DNA of 64,000 bases. Origin: Myxococcota bacterium (lineage in GTDB: Bacteria; Myxococcota_A; UBA9042; PHBI01; JACKFB01). The DNA is taken from assembly GCA_051747385.1 (NCBI GenBank), contig JBNJGB010000033.1:164-64163 (forward strand). The letters are read 5' to 3'. A model generated the notes under the pieces. That model made no database searches. It saw only the letters and a program-made list of their open reading frames with translations, and had not been told where the DNA came from. Below are positions 1 to 14,188 of this stretch, piece after piece; within the stretch, counting starts at the first letter, position 1, and every line of letters begins with the position of its first letter. The position numbers and the translations under genes are program-made.

Positions 1-281
1 TCCACGACGACCCCGCCCGGCACGAACACCCGCAGGGCCTCCGTCGGCGCCTGCCGCTCCTGCCGAACCGCCACCTCGACGAGGCACAGCGGCGCAGCCG
101 TCTGGCCTGCCCGCTCTCTCCGCTCCCGCCGGAGCGTCGACACCCACGAGCGGAACGTCGACAGCTTCAGCCGCCGCTGCTCCGCGAACTCCGCCGTCCT
201 GAGCCCGCTGCGCTCGTACTCCGCCACCACTCGCTCCCAGTACGAGCGAGAACGCGCCTTCCGGCGCCGCATCTTCGACAT
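1..281 (-). CDS. tnpA: IS66 accessory protein TnpA (HTH), 3' end outside the window
   Basis: Own translation from ATG 281: MSKMRRRKARSRSYWERVVAEYERSGLRTAEFAEQRRLKLSTFRSWVSTLRR...PLCLVEVAVRQERQAPTEALRVFVPGGVVV, the typical IS66 OrfA pattern. Absent from the ORF track because it has no stop inside the window. Confidence 0.8.
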   Translation of the reverse strand, partial: MSKMRRRKARSRSYWERVVAEYERSGLRTAEFAEQRRLKLSTFRSWVSTLRRERRERAGQTAAPLCLVEVAVRQERQAPTEALRVFVPGGVVV

Positions 282-362
282 CGTCCACTCCTGTCGTTCA
301 GGGACATCGACAGGATGCGGATCACGGCCGCGAAGTCAGCCCAGCCTCGGTCGGACGGGTAC
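1..362 (-). mobile_element. IS66-family insertion sequence, left end (continues beyond the window start)
   Basis: Minus strand starts GTACCCGTCCGACCGAGG at 362, resembling the IS66 terminus GTAAGCGTCCG, about 80 bp upstream of a TnpA-like ORF. A DsbA reading frame resumes right after 362. Confidence 0.75.
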
Positions 363-1230
363 GCACGATCACTACGGCAGCAAGGGGCGGATCGTGTTCA
401 AGCACTTCCCACTCAGCTTCCACAAGCAGGCGCTCCCGGCCGCCCGGGCCGCGGAGTGTGCCCGGGAGCAGGGCAGCTTCTGGGAGATGGCCGAACGCCT
501 GTTCTCGAACCAGGACCGGCTCGGCACGGACTTCTATGTCCAGTCGGCGCGAGCGCTGGGCCTCGAAGTCGGCCGCTTCGCCGAGTGCTTCGCGAGCGAA
601 CGCCACCGTTCGCGCATCGAGGGCCAGATGGAGGAAGGGCGCGAGGCGGGCGTTCGAGGCACCCCCACGTTCTACCTGAACGGTCGCAAGTTCACGTCCC
701 CGTCAGGCTACAACCTCGACGCGTTCAAGCGGGTCATCGAGGAGTACTACGACCTCGCCGGGAGGCAGGACGGGGCGGAGGTCGTGGTGGGGCGCGGAAG
801 CGGTGGCCTGGGGTTCCATGGTCGCATCGTGGGTATGGGAAAGCTCGACACTGGCGGTGGCATGGGCGCCAAGGCGGGCTTGGCGAAAGCGAAGAAAGAC
901 CGTCGCGGCACTCTGCGGGTGGGCACGGGCCTCACCAATGGCTGCGCCCCGAAGGACGTCTCGCGCGTCGTGCTCCGCCGCATAGGTGCCATTCGGGCCT
1001 GCTACCAAGCGCGGCTCGAGTCGGAGCCCGAGCTGGCGGGCACGCTCGAGCTGGGTTGGACGATCGGCCAGAGGGGGAAGGTGCGGGCCGTGGAGGTCCC
1101 CCGGGACACACTCGAAGACTCGAAGGCGAAGAACTGCGTCGTGCGGGTCCTGAGACGGATGCGCTTCCCGAAGCCCGACGGCGGTACGTGCCGGGTCCTT
1201 TGGCCTTTCGTGTTCTCCCCCGAGCCGTAG
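363..1230 (+). pseudogene. 5'-truncated DsbA/thioredoxin-fold protein fused to an AgmX/PglI C-terminal (TonB_C-like) domain
   Basis: The frame reads HDHYGSKGRIVFKHFPLSFHKQA...GVRGTPTFYLNGR (DsbA fold, but no CxxC), then IRACYQARLESEPELAGTLELGWTI...CVVRVLRRMRFPKPDGGTCRVLWPFVF. It begins at the IS66 end. Confidence 0.75.
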
Positions 1231-1254
1231 CCTCCACAGATCCAGGGGATCATC

Positions 1255-1689
1255 GTGAAGCGTGCATCGGATGGAGACCGAAGCACACGCCGGCGTTGGC
1301 TCATCGTTGCGGCGCTCGTCCTGGCCGTGTTGGCGTGGAACGCGCAGTCTCTGACCCTCCTCACCATCGACGGGTATCAGCGGTGGATCTCTCCGCACAA
1401 GGGCTATCAGTGCGCCCACGCCCAAGTGCACGGAGGGCTCTCCTGCTCCGGCTACGGCGAGAAGGCGATCCGCGACGAGGGACTGTTGCAGGGCGTGATC
1501 TTGTTGAACCGCCGGTTCGACGCGTGCCACGAGGCGGCCGCGGAGCTGCGCGCCAGCCGCTCGGTCCTCCCCGAGGGCGACTTGTCAGCAGCTGAGGTCC
1601 CGGGCTGTGAGGCGTGCGGCGAGACCAGCGGAGACGCCACCGGCAGCTTCTGCGGCGGCTTCTGCGAAGGGATGTGCGATGGTCGATGA
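1255..1689 (+). CDS. YidD-like (DUF37) membrane protein insertion efficiency factor homolog with Cys-rich tail
   Basis: IDGYQRWISPHKGYQCAH...SCSGYGEKAIRDEGLLQG...RRFDAC matches the YidD Cys pattern. Not in an rpmH-rnpA-yidC context. Confidence 0.7.
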   Translation: MKRASDGDRSTRRRWLIVAALVLAVLAWNAQSLTLLTIDGYQRWISPHKGYQCAHAQVHGGLSCSGYGEKAIRDEGLLQGVILLNRRFDACHEAAAELRASRSVLPEGDLSAAEVPGCEACGETSGDATGSFCGGFCEGMCDGR

Positions 1690-1889
1690 GGGGCCATCAG
1701 CCGGGCAGCTTCTGGTTGGCGGGGAGACCTCGTCGGATGCCATCGGCAGCACGGCTCCGGGAACGGCACACCGTGGACTGGCACCGCGGCGCGTAACACG
1801 GGACGCCGCGACAAGGGTTGTGTCCGCGATGGAACGGGGTAGGCTCCCCGAGATGCGTGGATTCGGTGCGAAGAGTCGGAGACACCGTG

Positions 1890-2525
1890 ATGGCGCGGCT
1901 GCGAGTGGGAGATATCGAGATCGACGGGGATCGCGTGACGATCCACGGTGATCAGGGCGCCTCGGCAGGATCTCCTGCCGTGCCGCACCGGAGCGTTCGG
2001 GACGCGCCCTCCGACGGGGCGTCGCTCGCGGCGATACCCGGCTCCCCGCGCGTGTTGACCGTCGCCGGGGCGTCCGTCGCGCTGCTGGGCGTGGTGTGGA
2101 TGGTGCTGACGCCCGAGTCGTCGGGGCTGTTCCGCTACGTGCTGTCGGGCGGCGCGCTCACGTTCTTCGGGCTGGGCGCGGCCGTGCTCGGTGTGGCAAA
2201 GCACCTGACGCGACGTAGGCTCGCCGCGGAGCTGGACCGCGCGGAGCGGCGGCGCCTGGAGCCGGTGCGAGCGCGCCTGCGACACGAGCTGGGTGACGAG
2301 GCGACCGTGAACACCGTGGAGCATCTCGTTGCGCGGACCGGCTTCAGCGAGGCGGACATCGTGCGCGCTCTTCGCTGGATGCGCGAGGCGGGCGACGTCC
2401 GCGAGGAGCTGAATCTGGACACGGGCGAGTGGTACTACGTGCTCGGCGACGAGGGAGCCGCTGACTCCCTGCGCGTGGGCGATCTGGACGAGCGGGCGAT
2501 GGCCCTGGAGGAGAGGTCGAGATGA
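1890..2525 (+). CDS. Hypothetical 2-TM membrane protein with a C-terminal winged-helix-like segment
   Basis: ATG at 1890, two hydrophobic helices, C-terminal VEHLVARTGFSEADIVRALRWMREAGDVREELNLDTGEWYY. Stop overlaps the next start (ATGA). Confidence 0.6.
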   Translation: MARLRVGDIEIDGDRVTIHGDQGASAGSPAVPHRSVRDAPSDGASLAAIPGSPRVLTVAGASVALLGVVWMVLTPESSGLFRYVLSGGALTFFGLGAAVLGVAKHLTRRRLAAELDRAERRRLEPVRARLRHELGDEATVNTVEHLVARTGFSEADIVRALRWMREAGDVREELNLDTGEWYYVLGDEGAADSLRVGDLDERAMALEERSR

Positions 2526-2986
2526 AGGACAAGAACACCGCTGGAATCCTGGCGCTTCTCCTGGGAGGTATCGGAGCCCATCGCTTCTACCTCGAGCAGA
2601 TCGGGCTCGGCTTCGTGTACCTGCTGTTCTGCTGGACGTTCATCCCGGGGATCGTGGCCTTCATCGAGGGAATCCTCTTCCTGACCATGAGCAAGGAGGC
2701 CTTCGACCAGCGGCACAACGCCGCGGCGCTCATGTGGGCCTCGTCGCGGCGGCAGGATCCCCAGAACATCGTCGTGAACGTGAACGCGCAGGCCGGGGGC
2801 GACGTAGAGCGTCGACAGAGCGGGGTGTCGCAGCCGGCCGCGTCGAATCAGGACGAGGACGTCTTCGCTCGGATCAAGCAGCTCCACGACCTGATGGTCG
2901 CGGGCGCGCTGTCCGAGACCGAGTTCAACGCCGAGAAACAGCGCTTGCTTGCCGGACAGACCGGGAGGCTGGACCACCGCGCCTGA
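2522..2986 (+). CDS. TM2/NINE domain protein with C-terminal SHOCT domain
   Basis: KDKNTAGILALLLGGIGAHRFYL...YLLFCWTFIPGIVAFIEG (TM2); IKQLHDLMVAGALSETEFNAEKQRLL (SHOCT). Confidence 0.85.
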   Translation: MKDKNTAGILALLLGGIGAHRFYLEQIGLGFVYLLFCWTFIPGIVAFIEGILFLTMSKEAFDQRHNAAALMWASSRRQDPQNIVVNVNAQAGGDVERRQSGVSQPAASNQDEDVFARIKQLHDLMVAGALSETEFNAEKQRLLAGQTGRLDHRA

Positions 2987-3029
2987 CGCTCGAACGAGGC
3001 GCGCCGACGCTCACGAGGAGGTGAGTACA

Positions 3030-3311
3030 ATGAACGACATGCTGGCCTACGAAGCGCAGAAGAAGAGCGGCGTTCTGGCCGCGTTCCTCAACTGGCTGAT
3101 CCCCGGCGTCGGGTACTTCTACGCCGGTTCAGCTCTGGGCGGAGTCCTGGCGATCATCTTCGGGATCGGCTTCTGGCTCGTCGCGCTCGTGTCGTTTGGC
3201 ATCGCGACGCCACTGCTGGGCCTGTTCTACCTGATCGTCATCATCGACGGATTCCTTGCTGCTGGTCGCCACAATCGCAGGCTGGCGATGCGGATCCAGT
3301 CGGGAGCGTAG
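3030..3311 (+). CDS. Small TM2-like membrane protein
   Basis: GAGGAGG RBS before ATG 3030; KKSGVLAAFLNWLIPGVGYFYAG followed by two hydrophobic helices. Confidence 0.75.
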   Translation: MNDMLAYEAQKKSGVLAAFLNWLIPGVGYFYAGSALGGVLAIIFGIGFWLVALVSFGIATPLLGLFYLIVIIDGFLAAGRHNRRLAMRIQSGA

Positions 3312-3505
3312 CGTCCCGAAGGGGAGCTTCGAACGGTCGGCCCGAATCCCGTGCACGGGGACAACCCGGCGGGGGCGGGTCGGCCGCACCTCGTGCCGTT
3401 GTGGGCCGCAGAGCGGCGAGGCAGGACACGTCGCGCGACGCACGAGCGAGGCGTGTCTGTCACGATCTGCTGCCGTGAGCGGGTCGCCGTGCAAGGAAGT
3501 TCTGC

Positions 3506-5626
3506 ATGAGACGCTACGTTGGCTTCGGGCTCGGCGCCGTCGGGCTCGTGGCCGTGAGCGCGGTCGCATTCTGGACCGTTGGCGGGGGCACGCCCCTCCA
3601 GCAGGTGGCCTCGCAGGTGCCGAACGACGCGCTGGCCGTGGTGGCCACCGGACCACCGAGCGCCCTGCTCCAGGCTGCTTCGGAGCAGATTCCGGACGAG
3701 CTCCGGGACGAGTTGCTCCACGAGATCCCGTTCGATCCATTCGACGACGCCGCGTGGACGGAGCGGGGCTTTGATCCGGACGCCCCGGTCGGTGCAGCGT
3801 TCCTGGATCCGGACGCGGAGGCCTTCATGGTAACCGTGGGGCTGGTGGACGCCGCTCGCGCGCGCGAGGTGTTGGCGTCGAGCCTGGACGAGAGCGGGGC
3901 CTTGAAGGCCGACGCTCCGCGGACCCTGGCGGGCGTGGACGCGCTGGTGCTGGACGAGGAGCATGCTCTGCTCTTCGAGGCGGACCGGCTCCTCCTGGTC
4001 GGCGGCTACGATCTGGACGAGATCCCGGGAGCCTCCGACTCCATGGACGGCCTGGAGTTGCTCGCGCGTCGGGTACTCGAGGTCGAGGCCGGCACGAGCA
4101 TGGCGTCCAACAGCGCCTTCGAGTCGGCGGCCGAAGGGATGGCGGACGCGGCCGTGGCCACCTACGTGGACACCGCCGCCATCACCGAGCACACGCCGGG
4201 TCGGCGGGGCGAGGTGGTCATGCTCCGCGAGGTGCTCGGGGAGGTCTCGGGCGTCGCGCTGGGGCTCGTGGCCGACTCGGATCGCGTCGAGCTCCGATAT
4301 CGGGCACCGCTTCCTCGCGAGTCGCACGTGCGGGGTCTCCTCGACGGTCCCCCTCGCTCCGAGGCCGCCATGGAGCGTATCCCGGGTCCCGTCCTCCTCG
4401 GGGTCCACGCCAGCTGGTCGATGGAGGCGCTCCGGGAGGTCATCGACGACTACACGAGCCTGGATCGACGCGTCGCCGAGGAGTGGCGGGAAGCGCGACA
4501 GGAGTTCCGAGAGGAGACCGGTCTCGGTGTCTACGAGGATCTGCTGGGGATGTTCACCGGCGAGGTGGGCTACGTCATCGACGAGTGGCCTCCCCCGTCC
4601 AATCCGACCCGGTTCAACCTGACGGCGTTCGCGGGCGTCGACGAGGAGCAGGCCCGCGAGACCCTCGACGCGCTGGTCCGGCGGATGAATGGCTGGGAGG
4701 GCATGCGGTTCGATCGGGACGAGGAGGATGACCGGGTGATCTACACCGTGTCCCCCGGCCGGGGAGCCATGCCGTTCCGTCCCGCCGTCGCTCTCGCAGA
4801 CGACACGCTCTGGCTGTCGATGCACGAGGACCACCTGCGTGACCTGCTGGCCGACGAGGCGGGATCGATGTTGGGCGAGGGACGCTCGGCGGAGGTGGCC
4901 GAGGTCGTCCACTCGTCGGCGTCGGCGGTCGCGTTCTGCGATGTCCGGGAGGTCGTGGCCGGCATGCGCGCCGCCGGCGAGCTCGAGGACATCGCCCTGG
5001 GCCCGCTCGGGGCCGCCGGTCTCGTCGAGGCGGTGGACCGGGTCGAGAGCCGGGCCGGGCTGGATGGTGAGGTCTGGACCGGATCCACGACGGTGTACTT
5101 CGACGAAGAGGCGTTCGACGGGGCGGATGGGCCGGCGGTCGCGCTCCTGCAGATGGTCTCGGCGCCAGCGTTCCTGAAGTACATGCGGCGGGCGAAGACC
5201 ACCGAGGCCATCGACCAGCTGGACAAGATCTACAAGGGCGCGGCGCTGTACTACACGACGCCCCACGTCAACCGGCGCGGGAACAAGCTCGACTGCCAGT
5301 TCCCCACCAGCACCGAGTGCATCCCGAAGGGCTCACCCTGCGACTACCCCGACAACATGTACCCCGCCGATCCGTCGATCTGGACGAACGACACGTGGAG
5401 CGCCCTGAACTTCCAGATCTCGGAGCCGCACTACTTCCGCTATTGCTTCGACGCGTCCGGCACCCTGAGCACCGCCGGCTTCACCGCCACGGCGCACGCG
5501 GACCTGGACTGCGACGGCGAGTGGAGCACCTTCCAGCGCATGGGCTTCGGGGATCCCAACGCGACCAAGGCGGAGTGCAGCTTGCAGGGCTCGGCCGCCT
5601 TCTACGTCGAAAAAGAGGTCGAGTAG
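3506..5626 (+). CDS. Exported protein: N-terminal anchor, DUF3352-like region, C-terminal type IV pilin-like globular domain
   Basis: N-terminal hydrophobic helix. C-terminal PAFLKYMRRAKTTEAIDQLDKIYKGAALYY...ATAHADLDCDG resembles deltaproteobacterial PilA alpha1-C plus head domain. Confidence 0.7.
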   Translation: MRRYVGFGLGAVGLVAVSAVAFWTVGGGTPLQQVASQVPNDALAVVATGPPSALLQAASEQIPDELRDELLHEIPFDPFDDAAWTERGFDPDAPVGAAFLDPDAEAFMVTVGLVDAARAREVLASSLDESGALKADAPRTLAGVDALVLDEEHALLFEADRLLLVGGYDLDEIPGASDSMDGLELLARRVLEVEAGTSMASNSAFESAAEGMADAAVATYVDTAAITEHTPGRRGEVVMLREVLGEVSGVALGLVADSDRVELRYRAPLPRESHVRGLLDGPPRSEAAMERIPGPVLLGVHASWSMEALREVIDDYTSLDRRVAEEWREARQEFREETGLGVYEDLLGMFTGEVGYVIDEWPPPSNPTRFNLTAFAGVDEEQARETLDALVRRMNGWEGMRFDRDEEDDRVIYTVSPGRGAMPFRPAVALADDTLWLSMHEDHLRDLLADEAGSMLGEGRSAEVAEVVHSSASAVAFCDVREVVAGMRAAGELEDIALGPLGAAGLVEAVDRVESRAGLDGEVWTGSTTVYFDEEAFDGADGPAVALLQMVSAPAFLKYMRRAKTTEAIDQLDKIYKGAALYYTTPHVNRRGNKLDCQFPTSTECIPKGSPCDYPDNMYPADPSIWTNDTWSALNFQISEPHYFRYCFDASGTLSTAGFTATAHADLDCDGEWSTFQRMGFGDPNATKAECSLQGSAAFYVEKEVE

Positions 5627-5648
5627 GCGCGCATGCCGGCGTCCTGCG

Positions 5649-5710
5649 CCCCAGGCGTCAGGATAGTTGCCGCCTCTGTCCCCAGGCGTCAGGATAGTTG
5701 CCGCCTCTGT
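5649..5710. repeat. Perfect 2 x 31-bp tandem repeat, REP-like
   Basis: CCCCAGGCGTCAGGATAGTTGCCGCCTCTGT at 5649-5679 and 5680-5710. Confidence 0.9.
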
Positions 5711-5999
5711 TGAGCGCGCGCGGAGCGCGCCCGAGACCCCGCCATCGCCCCCGAGCGAGCTCATTGGGGCCACGACCCAGCCGCGATGGTTCGTGATCGA
5801 GGCCCACGCCGACCGCTCGGCCACCGGCCGAACGTCCGAGAATGTGCTTTATGGAAACTAGCAGCTGTGCTTTATGGAAACTAGCAGCCACGCCCGTCGG
5901 CGCGTCGGGCGGGAGGTAGGGGGGAGCGTCGTTTCCGCAGCCGACCAGTACCAGCGCGCCGAGGAGACAGCACGCCACCGTTCGAACCGCCTTCGGCAT
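5711..5999 (-). pseudogene. Disrupted lipoprotein gene
   Basis: Lipobox start MPKAVRTVACCLLGALVLVG-C. The frame is broken by a 46-bp insert; removing it gives PTGV-FSDVRPVAERSAWASITNHRGWVV in frame. Confidence 0.55.
5843..5888. repeat. Perfect 2 x 23-bp AT-rich tandem repeat
   Basis: TGTGCTTTATGGAAACTAGCAGC at 5843-5865 and 5866-5888. Confidence 0.9.
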
Positions 6000-6090
6000 G
6001 GGGACTCCCCGGGGACATCATCGAAGGTGCCCGGGGGGCAGAGCGGACGCGGTCGACTGACCGACGGCGTGGACGTAGAGTGCGGCGGTC

Positions 6091-6951
6091 ATGTGGAGAG
6101 GCCGTCAGCACCGTGCATCCACGCCGCGCGGGCCCGGGCGCCCGTCGAAGGCGGCGCTTCGCGTCCTGCGGAGCGTCGTGCGGCCCGTCGTCCGCGCGGC
6201 GTTCCGGCCGACGCTGGAGGGGACGGAGCGCCTGCCGGAGGACGGGCCGTATCTGCTGGTGGGCAACCACTCCGCCGGCCTGGGCATCGCCGAGCTGACC
6301 AGCTTCGTGGCGCTGTACGCCGAGCGGTTCGGAGGCGAGCGTCCCCTGGCGGCGTTCGCCCATCCGATCGGGTTCCGGTTCCCGCCCATGGCGGCCCTCC
6401 ACCGGGCGCTCGGCTCCGTGCCGTCCACCTACGAGGCGGCCGAGGAGACCCTCGCGGAGGGCGTGCCGCTCCTGGTCTTCCCGGGTGGCGACCACGAGAC
6501 GCTGCGGCCCGTCTGGCAGGCGCACCGCGTGGACTTCGGGGGGCGCCGGGGGTTCCTGCGCATCGCGCGGAAGATGGGCGTACCGGTCGTGCCCATGGGA
6601 ATCCGCGGCAGCCACTTCACGGCGCCGATCCTGCTGAGGTCCCGGGCGCTGGCGTGGGTCCTGGTGATCCCGCGCCTGGCGGGCATCAAGCGGTGGGGCG
6701 TGAGCCTCCTGGGCGCTGCCGGTGCCGCGACCATCGCCGTGACGCCGCTGCCCGGCTGGGCCCGGGCGGGCCTCGTGTGGCTGTGGCTGGCCTCGCCGGT
6801 CCAGTTCCTGCCGGTCGTGCCGTGGACCATCCGCTTCCGGATCGGTGAGCCCCTCTCCCCGGACATCCTGTTCGACCCGGAGGACGAGGACCTGTCGGAG
6901 GCGCTGGCGCGGGTCGAGGCGGCGGTGCAGGACCTGGTGGACCGGGAGTAG
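6091..6951 (+). CDS. Lysophospholipid acyltransferase (PlsC/LPLAT superfamily)
   Basis: PYLLVGNHSAGLGIAE, LLVFPGGDHE and GFLRIARKMGVPVVPMG motifs. Start codon uncertain. Confidence 0.85.
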   Translation: MWRGRQHRASTPRGPGRPSKAALRVLRSVVRPVVRAAFRPTLEGTERLPEDGPYLLVGNHSAGLGIAELTSFVALYAERFGGERPLAAFAHPIGFRFPPMAALHRALGSVPSTYEAAEETLAEGVPLLVFPGGDHETLRPVWQAHRVDFGGRRGFLRIARKMGVPVVPMGIRGSHFTAPILLRSRALAWVLVIPRLAGIKRWGVSLLGAAGAATIAVTPLPGWARAGLVWLWLASPVQFLPVVPWTIRFRIGEPLSPDILFDPEDEDLSEALARVEAAVQDLVDRE

Positions 6952-6975
6952 CCGCCCCCCCGGGGGGAGGCGGCT
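6950..6975. terminator. GC-rich hairpin between convergent genes (possible bidirectional terminator)
   Basis: AGCCGCCCCCCCGGGGGGAGGCGGCT forms a long stem directly between two stop codons. There is no U-tract. Confidence 0.45.
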
Positions 6976-6981
6976 CCGTCG

Positions 6982-12486
<5,505 letters not shown>

Positions 12487-12868
12487 GTCTCCCCCTCCAG
12501 GCCCGACGGCCGTCCGAACGTACAGCCCCTGGGCGTGTAGGGGCCACGCCGACCCGGACCGCGACGTGAGCCGCCGCGCCTCCCCCCCAGGCCGTGCCCA
12601 TCTGCTACCCGGGGAGACGCTCAATGCAAGATGCTCGGCACCACGGCGCAGCAGGTCAGCAATGCCCTCCACCGACACCGGTCGAGAGCCACGCCCGACA
12701 TCTTCACTCCGTGGCTCGGACGCTGGGATGCGACCTTGGAGCCGCCCACTCCGGCAGAGGAAGTGAAATGTGAGACTCCTGGGAACGAATGGAGGTTCGA
12801 GTCCACGGCGTCGAGGCGCAAGCTGTGGTGGGACGAATCATGTGAACGTGCCTGACACCTCCTCCCGA

Positions 12869-12938
12869 CCTGTAACCGGCGTCGCTGCGCGTCGTCCCTC
12901 CAACCTCGAGGTCTTCGGGCCGACCGGCCGCCAGTCCA
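12869..12938. repeat. Dispersed 70-bp intergenic repeat, copy 1
   Basis: CCTGTAACCGGCGTCGCTGCGCG...; 61/70 identical to 20260-20329 by manual alignment. Confidence 0.85.
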
Positions 12939-13131
12939 GCGCCTGCGTCTACGTGACGAAAGGCACGCGCACCCTTACGCTCTCGGCATGAACGGAGCGG
13001 CCCGCTCGGCGTCCGAGACCCTGCCATCGCCCCTGGCCGACCGCATCCGGGTCACGGGTCAGCCACGATCGTGGGCGATCGAGCCCACGACGACCGCTCG
13101 GGCACCGGCCCAACGTCCGGTAATCCGTCTT

Positions 13132-13659
13132 GTGATAACCAGCAGCCTCGCCGTCTGCGTCGCCGCGATGTGCACCTGCACCCCAGCCCGGCAGTGGTAC
13201 GCCATGAAGCCCATGACGGCGGGGGCCGCCGGCCCGCGTGTCGTCGTCGGGGACGACGCCTTCGAGCCGGCTCCGCGCTGCCTGTGCCCGGCGCGGCGAG
13301 GGGGCGGCTCCGGAGAGCAGCGCCGGGGCGGCGGCGCGGGCGAGGCGCGACGCGGCGGCGGCGGTGCGGGCGAAGCGCGCCGGGGCGGCGGCGCGGGCGA
13401 GGCACGACGCGGTGGGGGCGGTGCGGGCGAAGCGCGCAGGGGCGGCGGCGCGGGCGAGGCACGACGCGGTGGAGGCGCCGGCGAGGCACGACGCGGCGGG
13501 GGCGCGGGCGAGGCGCGACGTGGCGGCGGGGGCGCGGGCGAGAGCCGAAGCGGGGGCGGCGGCGCGGAGCCTCTCTACTGCTCCCGCGCATCGAGCTGCG
13601 ACCGGGTGCTCTTGAAGGACGGCTCGACGGCGCCCGTCCAGTGGACGAGGGAGAGATAG
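13132..13659 (+). CDS. Probable exported Gly/Arg-rich repeat protein (RRGGG(G)AGEA x ~10, Cys-flanked)
   Basis: Repeat units differ mostly at synonymous positions in this frame. Hydrophobic, Cys-containing N-terminus. Stop lies 1 nt before the next ATG. Start uncertain (GTG 13132 assumed). Confidence 0.6.
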   Translation: MITSSLAVCVAAMCTCTPARQWYAMKPMTAGAAGPRVVVGDDAFEPAPRCLCPARRGGGSGEQRRGGGAGEARRGGGGAGEARRGGGAGEARRGGGGAGEARRGGGAGEARRGGGAGEARRGGGAGEARRGGGGAGESRSGGGGAEPLYCSRASSCDRVLLKDGSTAPVQWTRER

Positions 13660-13660
13660 G

Positions 13661-14188
13661 ATGGCGGCGATTCGACTCGCGGCGGGTATGATCGCGCTCG
13701 GCGCAGCGCTCACCGGGTGCGCGCCGACCCTGCTGAAGCCCGAGCCGACGCTTCACAACATCACGGACCCCCAGGGCGGAGACCGGGTCACCTTCGACTG
13801 GAAGGACCACTACTCGCCGTCCCTGTCCGACATCCCTCCCGGCGACCTCGTCGACGGCTGGAGCGACGAGCACGGGTTCGTCTCGCAGTGGCGGGGCCTC
13901 AAACATCGCCACTGCGGCACGCCGGTCGAGGTCGTGAGCAGCACCGGCGAGGTCGTCCACGGCCGCCTGCTCGTCATGGGCCACCGCGAAAACGGGCGCG
14001 GTCCCGCCGGACGCGGCGACTACCGGGTGAAGGTCGCCGACCGCTTCATCGACCAGACCTCGGGCGGGCGCACCGCCGTCCAGTACGAGTCCTACGTGGC
14101 CGACGACACCGAGTACTACGCGTGGATCCTCTGGATGCGCCAGGAGCCGTTCTTCGGGCCCGACCACGAGTGCAACCAGGACACATGA
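13661..14188 (+). CDS. Hypothetical lipoprotein (paralog A)
   Basis: Lipobox ALTG-C; GC3-rich coding frame. Confidence 0.8.
   Translation: MAAIRLAAGMIALGAALTGCAPTLLKPEPTLHNITDPQGGDRVTFDWKDHYSPSLSDIPPGDLVDGWSDEHGFVSQWRGLKHRHCGTPVEVVSSTGEVVHGRLLVMGHRENGRGPAGRGDYRVKVADRFIDQTSGGRTAVQYESYVADDTEYYAWILWMRQEPFFGPDHECNQDT

Noticed and set aside
5649-5888. Possible mini-CRISPR from the 31-bp and 23-bp direct repeats
   Set aside because: The copies are directly adjacent with no spacers, there are only two of each, and no cas genes are present.
12487-12678. N-terminal extension of the 1898-aa ORF, and similar upstream extensions of other ORFs in the track
   Set aside because: A better RBS and a signal peptide are found at the downstream start (12486). 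Starts were likewise moved for several other genes.
12791-12806. GGAGGTTCGAGTCCAC resembling a tRNA T-arm
   Set aside because: The T-stem does not pair beyond 2 bp and no acceptor, D or anticodon arms could be folded.
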